Below are positions 25,562 through 35,320 of a stretch of DNA of 50,319 nucleotides, piece after piece. How positions within the stretch are numbered: the stretch's first letter is position 1; every line of letters starts with the position of its first letter. This DNA comes from a virus (taxonomy: Duplodnaviria; Caudoviricetes), in IMG/VR virus record IMGVR_UViG_3300046780_000444, positions 1 to 50,319 of that record, one strand, 5' to 3'. The notes below the pieces were generated by a model. The model searched no databases. It was not told the DNA's origin and was given only the letters and a program-made list of their open reading frames with translations. The translations under genes and the position numbers were made by a program.

Positions 25562-26113
25562 TCATTGCACTCCTATGCTTGCCGTGAAGCCACGGCGCGG
25601 CTTCAAGTGCCGTGTCACGCGGGAAGCGCGACGATCCCGGGTCAGGTCCCAGGCGTACAAAAGAAAATCTTCATGCTGTCGGCCGTAGCCTTTGAGCACG
25701 CTCTCGATCTCACCGCCGAGCATTTCGATCCAGCGTCGGCTGTCGGTGTTCGCGGCCAACACATAAGCCTCGCCGCGGTGATAGTTCGCGTTCTTCAGGA
25801 CCGGGATGACGAAGTCCAAGGACCAGCGCGTCATTGAACGGACCACATGCCGCCACTTCGTTGTGCCGAACGCGCCCGCGACCACGACGCCGGGACGTAT
25901 CGGGACCACACCGTTGATCGCGACAGGTTCGTCATCGAGCGTCCAGATCCGCCACAGCTCGCCAGCGACGGGGAGAAGACTATCGAGGAACGTGTCTTCG
26001 TTATCGTCCCAGCGTAGAGCGAAGATCTCGGCGCGATCGCGGGGGCGCAAGTTGCGCACGATATAAGCAAGAGCTGGCCGCGTGACATGATGCGAAGCAA
26101 CGACGCTTGCCAT
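25562..26113 (-). CDS. GNAT-like acetyltransferase (T7 gp13-like)
   Basis: LRPRDRAEI, AYVLAANTDSRRWIEMLGG, YGRQHEDF; TAATG coupling with tail gene. Confidence 0.75.
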   Translation of the reverse strand: MASVVASHHVTRPALAYIVRNLRPRDRAEIFALRWDDNEDTFLDSLLPVAGELWRIWTLDDEPVAINGVVPIRPGVVVAGAFGTTKWRHVVRSMTRWSLDFVIPVLKNANYHRGEAYVLAANTDSRRWIEMLGGEIESVLKGYGRQHEDFLLYAWDLTRDRRASRVTRHLKPRRGFTASIGVQ

Positions 26114-27537
26114 TATTTTGTGACGCCTTCTTGCAGGTTGAAATGCAGCGCCGCCATGATCGCCTCGCCCGGGGCCTGGTGCTCCATGTGGACGCCGATA
26201 TGCGTGCCGTAGCCCGCGAACGGGATGCTCTGCAGCCCATAGGTGTTGTCCTGGATCGTGGCGCACAGCTCGAATAGATCGGTGCGGTTCGGCAGCATGC
26301 CGATGCTGACGGACCATTGGCCCTGGCACATCACGTCGACGCTCTTGATGCGCTTCCACTCGGTCGGGCTGTCGGCGCTCATATGCGGCGTGCGTATCGT
26401 GATCTTGCAGCTGTCGAACTCCGTGCGCGATGCGCCGCCATAAAGATAGATGTTGCCGGAGTTGTCGTCGCAAAAGACCATGTTGCCGATCAGGGCAAAG
26501 GTGCGCACGTTGAAGCCGGGGCTAAGGGTCGACCACGCCGTGATATGCCCCGCGGGGAAATACGACAGCACATAAATCGTCGGACCCAACGCCAGCCAGT
26601 AGCGGCCTTGAATTGGCTGCACCGTCGCCACCGCATGCGTCACGCCAGCCGGGTCGGCCCGGATCTGCGGGATCAGCGCCAGATCGATCGGCGAGCCGAC
26701 ATCGTTGACCGAAGCCGCCAGATTGATGACGTTCGACTTGAGGCTGCGCACGCCGCTATCGGAGAGGAACAAGATATCGCCGGTACCGAACTGCAGCACC
26801 GACTGCGGGGCGATCACGCCGACGCGCAGCAGCTGCCCCAGCGTGTCTTTGGTCGGGTCGGGATCGAGCGCCCAGATCTGCGTCTGCAGCTGCGACATCA
26901 GCGCCATGTTGCTGTAGTAGACTTCCATCGATATCAGCGGCTCGCCGAGCGGATCGTTGAGCGCCGTGTTGATGAAGCCCGCGCCGGGCTCGTCGGTCGA
27001 GTTCGGATCGTTTTGCGCCGGGTTGTTGACGCCGCTGAAGCGAAGATATTTGCCGTCGAGGCGATACATCTTCGACTTCCAGGTCCGCGCGTAAGTGCCG
27101 TGCGAATAGCTGCTGTCGACTTCCAGCACCATCGCGCCGTTGTACCAGCAATAGGTGATGCCGGTGCCGAGATCCTGGAAGCAGACGAAGAACAGCTCGT
27201 CGAACGGCTCGACATCGAGGATGTCGTAAGGGCCGGTTCCCGCGAAGACGATGTTATGCGCGACGATCGGCACCGGGCACACGCCTTGCGGGATCGGCGC
27301 CCCGCCGGTGTTGACGCCGAAAGCATGCAGCGTGTCGCGATGACCGAGCAGATAGCCATAGACCGGCGGCATCGTCGTCATCGGGACGAAGGCGTAGCGC
27401 TTCTCGATCTCGCCGCCCTGATTGAGAACGGCATTCTCCAAGATGCGCAGCGAGCCGCCCGGCGCGGTCAGCGGTGTCTTGCGGACATCGAAGCCTTCCT
27501 TGAAATCGGTGACACTGAAGACCCGCTGATCCGGCAT
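26113..27537 (-). CDS. Tail tubular protein B / nozzle (packaged-DNA stabilization)
   Basis: DFKEG.D, LENAVLNQGGEIEKR, LRFSG, AWST; podovirus gene order. Confidence 0.75.
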   Translation of the reverse strand: MPDQRVFSVTDFKEGFDVRKTPLTAPGGSLRILENAVLNQGGEIEKRYAFVPMTTMPPVYGYLLGHRDTLHAFGVNTGGAPIPQGVCPVPIVAHNIVFAGTGPYDILDVEPFDELFFVCFQDLGTGITYCWYNGAMVLEVDSSYSHGTYARTWKSKMYRLDGKYLRFSGVNNPAQNDPNSTDEPGAGFINTALNDPLGEPLISMEVYYSNMALMSQLQTQIWALDPDPTKDTLGQLLRVGVIAPQSVLQFGTGDILFLSDSGVRSLKSNVINLAASVNDVGSPIDLALIPQIRADPAGVTHAVATVQPIQGRYWLALGPTIYVLSYFPAGHITAWSTLSPGFNVRTFALIGNMVFCDDNSGNIYLYGGASRTEFDSCKITIRTPHMSADSPTEWKRIKSVDVMCQGQWSVSIGMLPNRTDLFELCATIQDNTYGLQSIPFAGYGTHIGVHMEHQAPGEAIMAALHFNLQEGVTK

Positions 27538-27989
27538 TAGCGCTGCACGCTACCGGGAAGCCGGTTAGCCTTCCGGCTATTGTCTTCGCGTGTGAGCAGC
27601 TGCAAATTCTGCGGCGCATGCAAGCCCCACACCGTCTCGCCATAAAGCGGGATAATATGGTCGACCGTCAGCCGTTGCTCTGCAGCCCGCGCGTAGATCG
27701 CCTCGATCTCTGCACGATGACTTAGGTGCATACGCGGGATGAGTGCCGCTCTACGTCGTTTCGCTTTAATTGCGAGCTTAACCAGGTTCTCCGGCTGTTT
27801 TGCACGTTCGCGCGCAAGCTCGTTCTCGCGCTCACGATACGCAGCTTTATAGGCCCGCTCTTTAGCTTTGCCTTCAGCAGACTGCCGATATTTTGCTTTG
27901 GCTTCAGCGGTTATCCGCTTGCCTTCAAGTGACTTGCGCCACTCGGCCATCTTCTGCTTGCCATGTGCCGTGCTATGCCACTTACTCAT
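27537..27989 (-). CDS. HNH homing endonuclease
   Basis: TVDHIIPLYGETVWGLHAPQNLQLLTREDNSRKAN; Lys/Arg-rich N-terminus; lower GC. Confidence 0.9.
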   Translation of the reverse strand: MSKWHSTAHGKQKMAEWRKSLEGKRITAEAKAKYRQSAEGKAKERAYKAAYRERENELARERAKQPENLVKLAIKAKRRRAALIPRMHLSHRAEIEAIYARAAEQRLTVDHIIPLYGETVWGLHAPQNLQLLTREDNSRKANRLPGSVQR

Positions 27990-28738
27990 CGTTGTACAGA
28001 CCCCGGTCCACTCCCGTAACCCGGGGGTACGAAGTCGAGCCCCAGCACCGGCTGATGCCCCGGCCGGGACTGCGCGTCGCCGCCGCCCGCGCCGATCGCG
28101 GTGGGCCGGACTTGCTTATGGCTGAACTGCCGCACGCGATGGCGGCGCAGCGCCTCGTTGGCTTTGTTGAGCTTGAGGCTCGCATCCTTGGCGTTGTCGC
28201 GCTGCAGGATCTCGACCGCCGAGAACAGCACGATGATATTATCCGGCAGCGTCGCCTCGTCGCTGTCCTCGATCATCTTGGTGACGGTCTTGGTCCCGCG
28301 CAGGCGGACGATCGCGTTCGGGTCCATCGCGGTCCCGTCCGGGATCGGCCACAGCTCGATCATGTTGGTGTCGGCGTGGTGCATCCATTTGCGCAACGGC
28401 CAGGACTTGAAGCCGTCGTCCGAGTTCCACAGCACCATGTCATAGGGGCCGATGCCGTAGGCCAGCTCGCTATAGACCGTATTGATCAGCACCCAGATAT
28501 GCGTGATGTCGTCGAAGGCGAGATCGACGGGGTAGGGGTAGTAGCGCTGGCCGTCGACGAGCTTGATGTCGCGATCGATGATGAGCTGCGGCCAGTCGTA
28601 ATCCTGGTACAGCTGGACCTGCGTGCGGTTGAGATAATAGAGCAGCGTGTCGCGGTCGTTGATGCCATGCGCGACGTTGGTGCTGTGACCGACCTCGGCC
28701 CGGAGATCGGTCAGCATGTCGGAAAGCATCTTACCCAC
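27986..28738 (-). CDS. Tail tubular protein A / head-tail adaptor
   Basis: LSDMLTDLRAEVG, YLNRTQ...DYDWP, GQRYYPYP, IELWPIPD; start GTG 28738 or ATG 28729. Confidence 0.75.
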   Translation of the reverse strand: MGKMLSDMLTDLRAEVGHSTNVAHGINDRDTLLYYLNRTQVQLYQDYDWPQLIIDRDIKLVDGQRYYPYPVDLAFDDITHIWVLINTVYSELAYGIGPYDMVLWNSDDGFKSWPLRKWMHHADTNMIELWPIPDGTAMDPNAIVRLRGTKTVTKMIEDSDEATLPDNIIVLFSAVEILQRDNAKDASLKLNKANEALRRHRVRQFSHKQVRPTAIGAGGGDAQSRPGHQPVLGLDFVPPGYGSGPGSVQR

Positions 28739-29384
28739 GAGGGAGAACCTTCGAGGTGTAGTCCTCGAACCCCGGCGCGTGGCTGCCGCCCGCGTTGACG
28801 TCCGGCAAGGTCGCGGCGACGCGCGCGGCGCTGGCGCGACGCGAGGATCCGCGGCCGCTGGTGTCGCGCACGATACGCGGCTGGTCCCCGGCTTGGGGCC
28901 CCAGCCCCAGCGCGTCGTCCTCGATCTCGTCCTCGTCCTGCGCATGCGCCGCGATCTCGTCCGGCGTCGGCTCGGTCTCGCGCGGGACCGCTGGTCCCTC
29001 GGGCGCATCCTCCGGCATCGTGAACTGATCGAGCGGACGCAGCTTCGGATCGGGGCTATCCGGCTCGACCGGGCGCGGCTTGTAGACCTTTTGCGTGCAG
29101 CGCGGGATGCTCGCATCCGACAGCGGCAGCCGCGGGCGCGCGCCGGGGAAGACCTTCTCGATCGTTTCCGGCGCGTAGATCGACTGCAGCCGCTGCAGCA
29201 CTTCATCGTTGGGCGCATCCCAAGCACCCACGACATAGACGTCGGTGATCGCTTCCTCGCCGTGCAGGAATTGCAGGATCGGCAGCTCGGGAAAGACGAT
29301 CGGCCGCGAGCGATCGCGATAGACGATCGTGCTGTCGTCGCCGCCAAGGTTCACCATGCAGCGCAAAAGATGAAAAGCGGGCAT
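28731..29384 (-). CDS. Hypothetical virion-module protein
   Basis: 217-aa ORF; ELPILQFLHGEEAI..., acidic C-terminal region. Confidence 0.7.
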   Translation of the reverse strand: MPAFHLLRCMVNLGGDDSTIVYRDRSRPIVFPELPILQFLHGEEAITDVYVVGAWDAPNDEVLQRLQSIYAPETIEKVFPGARPRLPLSDASIPRCTQKVYKPRPVEPDSPDPKLRPLDQFTMPEDAPEGPAVPRETEPTPDEIAAHAQDEDEIEDDALGLGPQAGDQPRIVRDTSGRGSSRRASAARVAATLPDVNAGGSHAPGFEDYTSKVLPRG

Positions 29385-29623
29385 CAGACGCCACCCCGCT
29401 TCATCATCCCGGGCGACGGCGGCATCGAGGGCGGCATCACCGTATCGGCCATGCTGGGCCCCGCCGCGAGCGGGACTTTACGCGCGGGCAGCTTGGCCTG
29501 GCTCTTGCCCTTATCGGCGGCGACGAAATCCTTCGCGACTTTCTTCGGCACGCCGCTGCCTTTAATGCCGCCCGACGCAACCCCGTGCATTAGACGGCTT
29601 TGAGCCTTGGATGTGCTCGGCAT
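29384..29623 (-). CDS. Small basic phage protein
   Basis: SD AAGGAG; MPSTSKAQSRLMHGVA...GVPKKVAKDFVAADKG. Confidence 0.7.
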   Translation of the reverse strand: MPSTSKAQSRLMHGVASGGIKGSGVPKKVAKDFVAADKGKSQAKLPARKVPLAAGPSMADTVMPPSMPPSPGMMKRGGV

Positions 29624-29648
29624 GAAATCTCCTTTGCTAAAGAGAGGA

Positions 29649-29686
29649 CCAGCCCGCTTCGGGGTAGAGGGGTGGAACGGGCTGGC
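29649..29686 (-). terminator. Stem-loop downstream of major capsid gene
   Basis: CCAGCCCG...CGGGCTGG inverted repeat in the intergenic gap. Confidence 0.4.
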
Positions 29687-29717
29687 CCCCAAGTTTGTCG
29701 CCTACGGGGAAAAGGCG

Positions 29718-30800
29718 TCAGGCGATTTCGACAACAAGAGCGGAGTTGACCTGCTGCGCAACGATTTGCCCGGTATGCGTCATGCTCTTGTACATGACGA
29801 ACTGGTTGTAAGGCCGCGCGGGCGTGAACTTGTGATCCCACTCGCCGTCTTGCTTCATCAAGTAGATGTGCCGTGGATCCCACCAATAAGCGCGCTTGGT
29901 GAAGCCGAGATCATCGAGCGTCGGGTCGTATTCGATCACCGTGTTCATGAACTTCACCTGCCCCATCGAGCCGTCCTGGGGCCCCGTGAAGCCGGTCATC
30001 GTGTAATTGCCGTTCGCGCGCAGCTCGATTTCCATCGCGCCGATGAATGCGCTGCCCGCCAGCATCTTCGATGGCTTGCCGCCGTAGCGGATGAGCTGGC
30101 GATATTCCGACTGCAGGAATTGCAAGAGCGCGCCGCCGTTGGTCGTCGCCGACGTCACCGCGCCGCGGCCGCCCGCGGTGCCGAACGCCGCCGTCGCCGC
30201 GCGGTTCTGCCACCAGGTGTTGGTCGAGCGCGCAAGACCGCCCAAGCTGCCCGCATTCGGGACCGCCGCGATGATCGACTGCATGCCCGCCAAGGCTTTC
30301 GCATCGCCGGTGCCGTCGCCCCACATCAGTGCGTTCATGCTGCGCGCGTATTGCTCGCCGAAATCTTCGAGCTTGTCCTGCAGCAAGTTCACGAGGACCG
30401 TGACGTCGCGATCGCTGTGGTTCGAGGTCGAGCTGCCGTCGCCTTCCTCGTCGGTGACGCTGATGCCGTCGATCTTCAGCTCGGTATGGGTGAGCGTCAG
30501 ACCCATGTGATGCTCACGCCACGGGTAGTTGACGCGCTTGATATTGGCGGGCGTGTAGAAGCTGACCGTGTCGTTGTGGGTGTAGCCGACAACGTGATCG
30601 TTCACGCCGCCTGCGCCGTAATCGCCTTTCACCGCAAGGCTGATATTGCCCTTGCCGCCGGGGAAAGACTTCGCGCTGCTCTCGAACAAGCGCAGCAGAG
30701 GCTTGGCCTGGATGCTTTGCTTGAAGGTGTCGCCCTTGTTGTAATAGAAATCCAATGCCGCGTTGGCGATATTGGAAAGTTCACCAGCGGTGAACGCCAT
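29718..30800 (-). CDS. Major capsid protein
   Basis: 360 aa after scaffold; MAFTAGEL..., LMWGDGT, LAGMQSII, GGLARS...WWQN, IEYDPTLD. Confidence 0.85.
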   Translation of the reverse strand: MAFTAGELSNIANAALDFYYNKGDTFKQSIQAKPLLRLFESSAKSFPGGKGNISLAVKGDYGAGGVNDHVVGYTHNDTVSFYTPANIKRVNYPWREHHMGLTLTHTELKIDGISVTDEEGDGSSTSNHSDRDVTVLVNLLQDKLEDFGEQYARSMNALMWGDGTGDAKALAGMQSIIAAVPNAGSLGGLARSTNTWWQNRAATAAFGTAGGRGAVTSATTNGGALLQFLQSEYRQLIRYGGKPSKMLAGSAFIGAMEIELRANGNYTMTGFTGPQDGSMGQVKFMNTVIEYDPTLDDLGFTKRAYWWDPRHIYLMKQDGEWDHKFTPARPYNQFVMYKSMTHTGQIVAQQVNSALVVEIA

Positions 30801-30817
30801 GATGCTTCGTCCTCATG

Positions 30818-31930
30818 TCAAGATGGCCGCCGCGAGTTCGCGATCGCCATGACCACCGCCTCTCTGAGGTCGCGTGGTTGAGCGTTCGGCGTGCCGGTTG
30901 AGACATGGATGCTGGACGGACTTGATCGCGTCGGCCGCGGGGCAGGACGCACCGCTGCGAACGTAGCCTTGACCTCGTCATACGCCGTCTGCGTCAGCGC
31001 GACGGCCTCTTGCGGGGTGCGCGGCGTACCGCGCTCTTGCAACAGACCCTGGGCATAGCGGCGAACAGCACCCGCCATTTGGCCGTAGTCGGGGTCTCGT
31101 CGCTGGATGCCTGCTTCCCAGGTGTCGACCGCAGCACGGATATTGCCGACGTGCTGGACCTGCTGAGTTGTCGCCACTTCCCGATTAGCGTCTTGCAGCC
31201 TGGCTTCGGCTTGCGCGGCGCGATGCCGCGTGCGCGTCAGCTCCTTGGCCGTGTCTTCGTCGATCGTCCCGTCGTCGACCTGCTTCTGCAGATCCGGGTT
31301 GATGCGAAGACCCAATGCTTCCTGCGCCGCCATGACGTAAGGCGTCACACCGGCAAGAAAGCCTTGGTAGTCGCCGCGACGGAGCGAGGCGCCGACGCCC
31401 AAGAGCATGTTGACGTCTTCCGGCGCCAGCTGGTGCTCTTTGAGATAGCCCTGCAGCTGCCGGTGCGTTTGCAGCTCCGGTTGCAGGTTCTCGACGGCTT
31501 GACGGGCTTCGTTGCGTTGACTGAGAAGACGCTCAAAGCGCCGACGCGTCTCCGGCCTGAGCTTCTTTAGCTCGGCCTCGCTCGGGTCGGCTTCGGTCGT
31601 GGTTGCATCCGGCGGGGGAGTTCCCGCTTGGGCCGTAGCCGCTGCCTGGTCCTGAGAGGCTGGTCCCGAAGGCTCGGCGTCCGCGTCCTGGTCCTGGGAC
31701 AAGGAGGGGAGCGCTGTCTTTTCGGGCGTGGTCTCTACGACGCGTTTGACTGCGGCAAGCAATCCATCGCGATCTGACTGGCGGCTGTCGCCTGACGAGG
31801 GCGAAGTGCTGTCGGGTGCGCTTGACGAAGGCGCGGGAGAGCTGTCGGCCGGTGCCGGTGACGGCGCCGGTGTAGTTTCGGGTGCGCTCGACGAGGGCGC
31901 AATTACGTCATTTGTCTCGGTATCTGCCAC
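30818..31930 (-). CDS. Capsid scaffolding protein
   Basis: Low-complexity acidic N-terminus, coiled coil (RRFERLLSQRN), directly upstream of capsid. Confidence 0.7.
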   Translation of the reverse strand: MADTETNDVIAPSSSAPETTPAPSPAPADSSPAPSSSAPDSTSPSSGDSRQSDRDGLLAAVKRVVETTPEKTALPSLSQDQDADAEPSGPASQDQAAATAQAGTPPPDATTTEADPSEAELKKLRPETRRRFERLLSQRNEARQAVENLQPELQTHRQLQGYLKEHQLAPEDVNMLLGVGASLRRGDYQGFLAGVTPYVMAAQEALGLRINPDLQKQVDDGTIDEDTAKELTRTRHRAAQAEARLQDANREVATTQQVQHVGNIRAAVDTWEAGIQRRDPDYGQMAGAVRRYAQGLLQERGTPRTPQEAVALTQTAYDEVKATFAAVRPAPRPTRSSPSSIHVSTGTPNAQPRDLREAVVMAIANSRRPS

Positions 31931-31979
31931 AGGGCTCTTGCCGATCCGCTGGGACCAGCAAGATTTATGCGCTCAAGTG

Positions 31980-32020
31980 TAGGTTTTGTCTAGCGGTTGT
32001 GTCTCGCGCGGGACAAATGC
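31980..32020 (-). promoter_or_regulatory. Putative promoter/operator upstream of scaffold-capsid
   Basis: Minus strand TTGTCC-N18-TAGACA with GACACAAC (31996-32003) in the spacer. Confidence 0.35.
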
Positions 32021-32035
32021 CGCGAGACAAGAGCC

Positions 32036-32236
32036 CTAGTCCTTGGGCAGGCAGGTCATCAGGATTTGGGTCAAAAGCTCGGTGCGGCGCTCAAGCTGGC
32101 GCTCAAGGAACCACATCGTGGAGCCGAGAAAGATCGCGTTGATGAACAAAAGCATGATGAAAACGGCGGGAAGGCTGGCGACAATGCCGCCGCCCACGTC
32201 GATCGCTTTGTGCAGGACGCCCTTGTCGTCCGTCAC
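32036..32236 (-). CDS. Small membrane protein (holin candidate)
   Basis: SLPAVFIMLLFINAIFLGSTMWFL hydrophobic helix. Confidence 0.6.
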   Translation of the reverse strand: MTDDKGVLHKAIDVGGGIVASLPAVFIMLLFINAIFLGSTMWFLERQLERRTELLTQILMTCLPKD

Positions 32237-32484
32237 AACGGCCTCGCTAGATGACGGATTTGACTGGCTATGTCGCTCAGAAGCGCATCGACCTCCAAGC
32301 CGTCACGATGCCCGATCTGATTATCGAGTACCAACTCAGCCACCTCCAAGAGAGTGGATCGGCGCGCTTCTTCGGCCGTGCATTCGATGATCTGCTGGAC
32401 CTTGATAGCAGCGGCCTGCGTCACGCCACGCATAAGACGCTCACACGCCTCTCGCGGGTCTAGTGGTTTGGCAGTCACTTTCAT
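32233..32484 (-). CDS. Hypothetical protein
   Basis: ATGA/GTGA overlaps on both sides; MKVTAKPLDPREACERL... Confidence 0.55.
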   Translation of the reverse strand: MKVTAKPLDPREACERLMRGVTQAAAIKVQQIIECTAEEARRSTLLEVAELVLDNQIGHRDGLEVDALLSDIASQIRHLARPL

Positions 32485-32657
32485 GCAAGTTCCCAATCGG
32501 TCATCGCCTTGTCGATGTTATCAATCGCGCAAGTTACGCCGTTGAGCTTCTGACAAATCTCGCCATCGATAAGAACGGCGCGACATTCGCGGTGCCAAAC
32601 CACGCGGCGCACTTGCCGACCGGCCTTCAGCTTGGAGAGAACTTCAGCGTAGGTCAC
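32481..32657 (-). CDS. DUF2829 / Tad2-like small protein (58 aa)
   Basis: GTG 32657: MTYAEVLSKLKAGRQVRRVVW...DKAMTDWELA matches the M.F.EAL..LK.G..V.R..W...D..A.DW pattern. Confidence 0.55.
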   Translation of the reverse strand: MTYAEVLSKLKAGRQVRRVVWHRECRAVLIDGEICQKLNGVTCAIDNIDKAMTDWELA

Positions 32658-32659
32658 AA

Positions 32660-35074
32660 TCAAGGCGTCGGCGTCTGGTTGATCGCACCGCGCGGCATGC
32701 CGCCGCCGGTGCCGGGACGATTGCCGTTGCGGCCGTAAATCTGCAGCGGCGGCACTCTGGGCCCCAACGGACCGGCGGTGCCGGGACCAGTCATCGCATT
32801 GGTTGCCGCTGCGGGATTGGCCCCAGCCGGTCCTTGCGCGTTCGGGTCCGAACCCGGTCCCGGCGGCCGCGGCGGACCGCGACCGGCGCCGGTAGGACCC
32901 TCTGGTCCCGGCGGTCCACCGGGCGCTCCAGGCGCGACCGGCGGCTTCGACATTAGCTGGTTCAACGCTTCCATGCTGGGCACGCCTTCGGCGAAAGCCT
33001 CGCTGATATCGATGTCGTCGCCCATGCGGCGGATCAGCTGCCGCGCCAGCCACTCGGGCGAGATCCCGGGAATGCGCTGCAGGAGCGGCACCAGCTGCGT
33101 CAAGACTTGCACGTCTTGCTGCCGGTTCGGCGGGCCATTGGCGCCGACGTCGACCTCAAGCCAGATGTTATCCGCGACCATCTGTTTATTGAGCTGCGGC
33201 CACACCGCGCCGGGACCGACCACGCGGACCACGGTCTGCTGGCTGACGTTGAGGACCAGGACCTGAGAAGCGGCTTGGGCCAGCTCCGTCATCACGTCGT
33301 TGATGTCATCGATGGTCGAGCTGAGATCGGTGTTCTGCGAGAACTGCGCGACCGAGACCTCGGTCGCGGTCGCGCTCGACGTGGTCCCCTGATCGGCCTG
33401 GTCCGAGCCCAGGACCCGCAAGACGTCCTCGAAGACCGGCTGCGTGTCGTAGACCGCGCTGTCGATCCCCGGCATCTTGATGACCTGCAGCACGTCGTCG
33501 ATCTTCTGGCCGGGGGCCAGCGCGTTGAGTTCGAGCAAGGCGTTGGCGGGATGCGTGCGCAGCTTGTCGAGATCGGCTTCCTCAAGGAGCCCCGCCGCGA
33601 CCGCGACCTTGGGCCGGTTGGCGCGGCGATGCTCGCGCAAGCCCTGGCGCGCGCGGTTGAGTTCCAGCTGCATGTCGCGGATCAGATCGATATCGCTCTG
33701 CGGAAAGAGCGTCTTCTCGTCATAGCCCTCGTTGAGCGTGACCGCGAACCACGGCCAGAAGCGCGTGATCTCGGCCTCGGGCGGGTTCGGCTCCTGCAAG
33801 AAATCGGGATAGCCGTCGCAGACGATGTAAACCGAGCCGTCCTTGCGATTGTAGATCTCCCACACGCAAGCCAGCGAGGCCGGGCCGTCGCTGTCGCGGC
33901 CGCCGCTATGCGGATCGCCCGCCGCGTAACTGCGCTGCTCGGAGCCGGGCTCGTAGCCGCGGCTCTGGCCGTCCTCGTTATAGGCGGTGTAGCTGGTCCC
34001 GATATCGACCATGTAGATTTCTTCGATCTCGTCCTCGGTCAGCAGGTATTCCTGCGCCACCCAATCGGCGCCGAGAAATCCCCGCAAGGTCCGGCACCGC
34101 GTATCGGGAATGATCGCCGTGCTATCCGGGTAGTCGAAGGTCAGGCCCTCGCGCACGATCAGCTGCGCCTCTGCCGTGAGGCTTTGGATCGCGAGCTTCA
34201 ATTCCTCGGCGTCGGCGCTGTCCTTGTCGATTTCCTCGTCGCTGAGATCGGCGGCCAGGCGCTCGATATTGGCAAGGCGCTCGCTCATATCGGCGATGCG
34301 ATGCTCGATCTCCGGGCTGAGCTTCATCGCGCGCTGGAAGCCGAGCTTCACATAGCCGACGCCGGTGACGATCGCGCGCCGGATCGTCATCTTCATCGAG
34401 CCTTTGAAGCTGTGCGTCTGCTCGCCGATGTTGTACTCGTATAGCAGCTCAAGGGTCTTGCCGACCCGCGTCATCATCTCGTGCCATTGCTTGACCTGCG
34501 CGGCGTCCTGCATGATGGCCGCGCTCTCGGGATCGGGCGGGACGCCCGCCTGCATCGCCATCGCCATCTTCTGCTGCGCTTGCCCGAGTTGCTGGCTGCT
34601 GCCGTCCCAATTCTGCGCGAGCAGCTTCTCCTTGATCTTGGCCTGCATCGTCGGGTTGTTGGGGTAGAGTTCCGCGGTGCGCTGCAGCACATGCCGGATG
34701 CAGATGTTGGCGACATAGCGATCGTCGCGCTTCTCCGATTTCTGCAGCTCCGGCCATTGGCGGCCTTCACAAAATTCCTCGTTCTCGCGCATGCGCCGGA
34801 AGGGCACGCGCCAATGCTTGCGCGCGCGCTTGACGCGGTCCTGCCAGCGCTTGACCAGCTTGCGCCGGGGCTCGTCGGGCTCCGGCGCATCGCGCTGGAT
34901 GAATTTGTTCTGCGGCTGAGCCAGCGCCGGGTTGATCGTCGCCGGCGTCGGATCGAGCGGCGGCATGCCCGGCGGCATTCCACCAGGTTGCTGCGGCGGC
35001 GGGCCGCCCATGCCGGGCGGGGCCGCACCGGCTGCGCCCAGATTGGAAGGTGGCGGAACTCCTACTTTTGGCAT
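32660..35074 (-). CDS. Portal protein
   Basis: 804 aa after TerL; EFCEGRQW, AIVTGVGYVK, RDMQLELNR, ATATEV; Pro/Gly-rich termini. Confidence 0.85.
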   Translation of the reverse strand: MPKVGVPPPSNLGAAGAAPPGMGGPPPQQPGGMPPGMPPLDPTPATINPALAQPQNKFIQRDAPEPDEPRRKLVKRWQDRVKRARKHWRVPFRRMRENEEFCEGRQWPELQKSEKRDDRYVANICIRHVLQRTAELYPNNPTMQAKIKEKLLAQNWDGSSQQLGQAQQKMAMAMQAGVPPDPESAAIMQDAAQVKQWHEMMTRVGKTLELLYEYNIGEQTHSFKGSMKMTIRRAIVTGVGYVKLGFQRAMKLSPEIEHRIADMSERLANIERLAADLSDEEIDKDSADAEELKLAIQSLTAEAQLIVREGLTFDYPDSTAIIPDTRCRTLRGFLGADWVAQEYLLTEDEIEEIYMVDIGTSYTAYNEDGQSRGYEPGSEQRSYAAGDPHSGGRDSDGPASLACVWEIYNRKDGSVYIVCDGYPDFLQEPNPPEAEITRFWPWFAVTLNEGYDEKTLFPQSDIDLIRDMQLELNRARQGLREHRRANRPKVAVAAGLLEEADLDKLRTHPANALLELNALAPGQKIDDVLQVIKMPGIDSAVYDTQPVFEDVLRVLGSDQADQGTTSSATATEVSVAQFSQNTDLSSTIDDINDVMTELAQAASQVLVLNVSQQTVVRVVGPGAVWPQLNKQMVADNIWLEVDVGANGPPNRQQDVQVLTQLVPLLQRIPGISPEWLARQLIRRMGDDIDISEAFAEGVPSMEALNQLMSKPPVAPGAPGGPPGPEGPTGAGRGPPRPPGPGSDPNAQGPAGANPAAATNAMTGPGTAGPLGPRVPPLQIYGRNGNRPGTGGGMPRGAINQTPTP

Positions 35075-35077
35075 GCG

Positions 35078-35320
35078 CTAAGCCCGCGGCGCAAACGCAT
35101 GCGGCATGGCGCAAACGTAAAGGTCGTAGCAGAACCAGATAATGCTCACGATTACGATCACCGCGACCACGATACGGATCACTTGCATCGCCACGGTCCC
35201 GGCCCAGCCAAGCCAACCGAGCACGATCGGCAAAAGGATCATGAGGATCGCAACAATGCCGCAGACCACGACGAGCCAGACCAGCGTTTGCACGAGCCAG
35301 AGCACGCTGAAGCACATCAC
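35078..35320 (-). CDS. Two-TM membrane protein (holin candidate)
   Basis: Almost entirely hydrophobic, two predicted helices. Confidence 0.6.
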   Translation of the reverse strand: MMCFSVLWLVQTLVWLVVVCGIVAILMILLPIVLGWLGWAGTVAMQVIRIVVAVIVIVSIIWFCYDLYVCAMPHAFAPRA

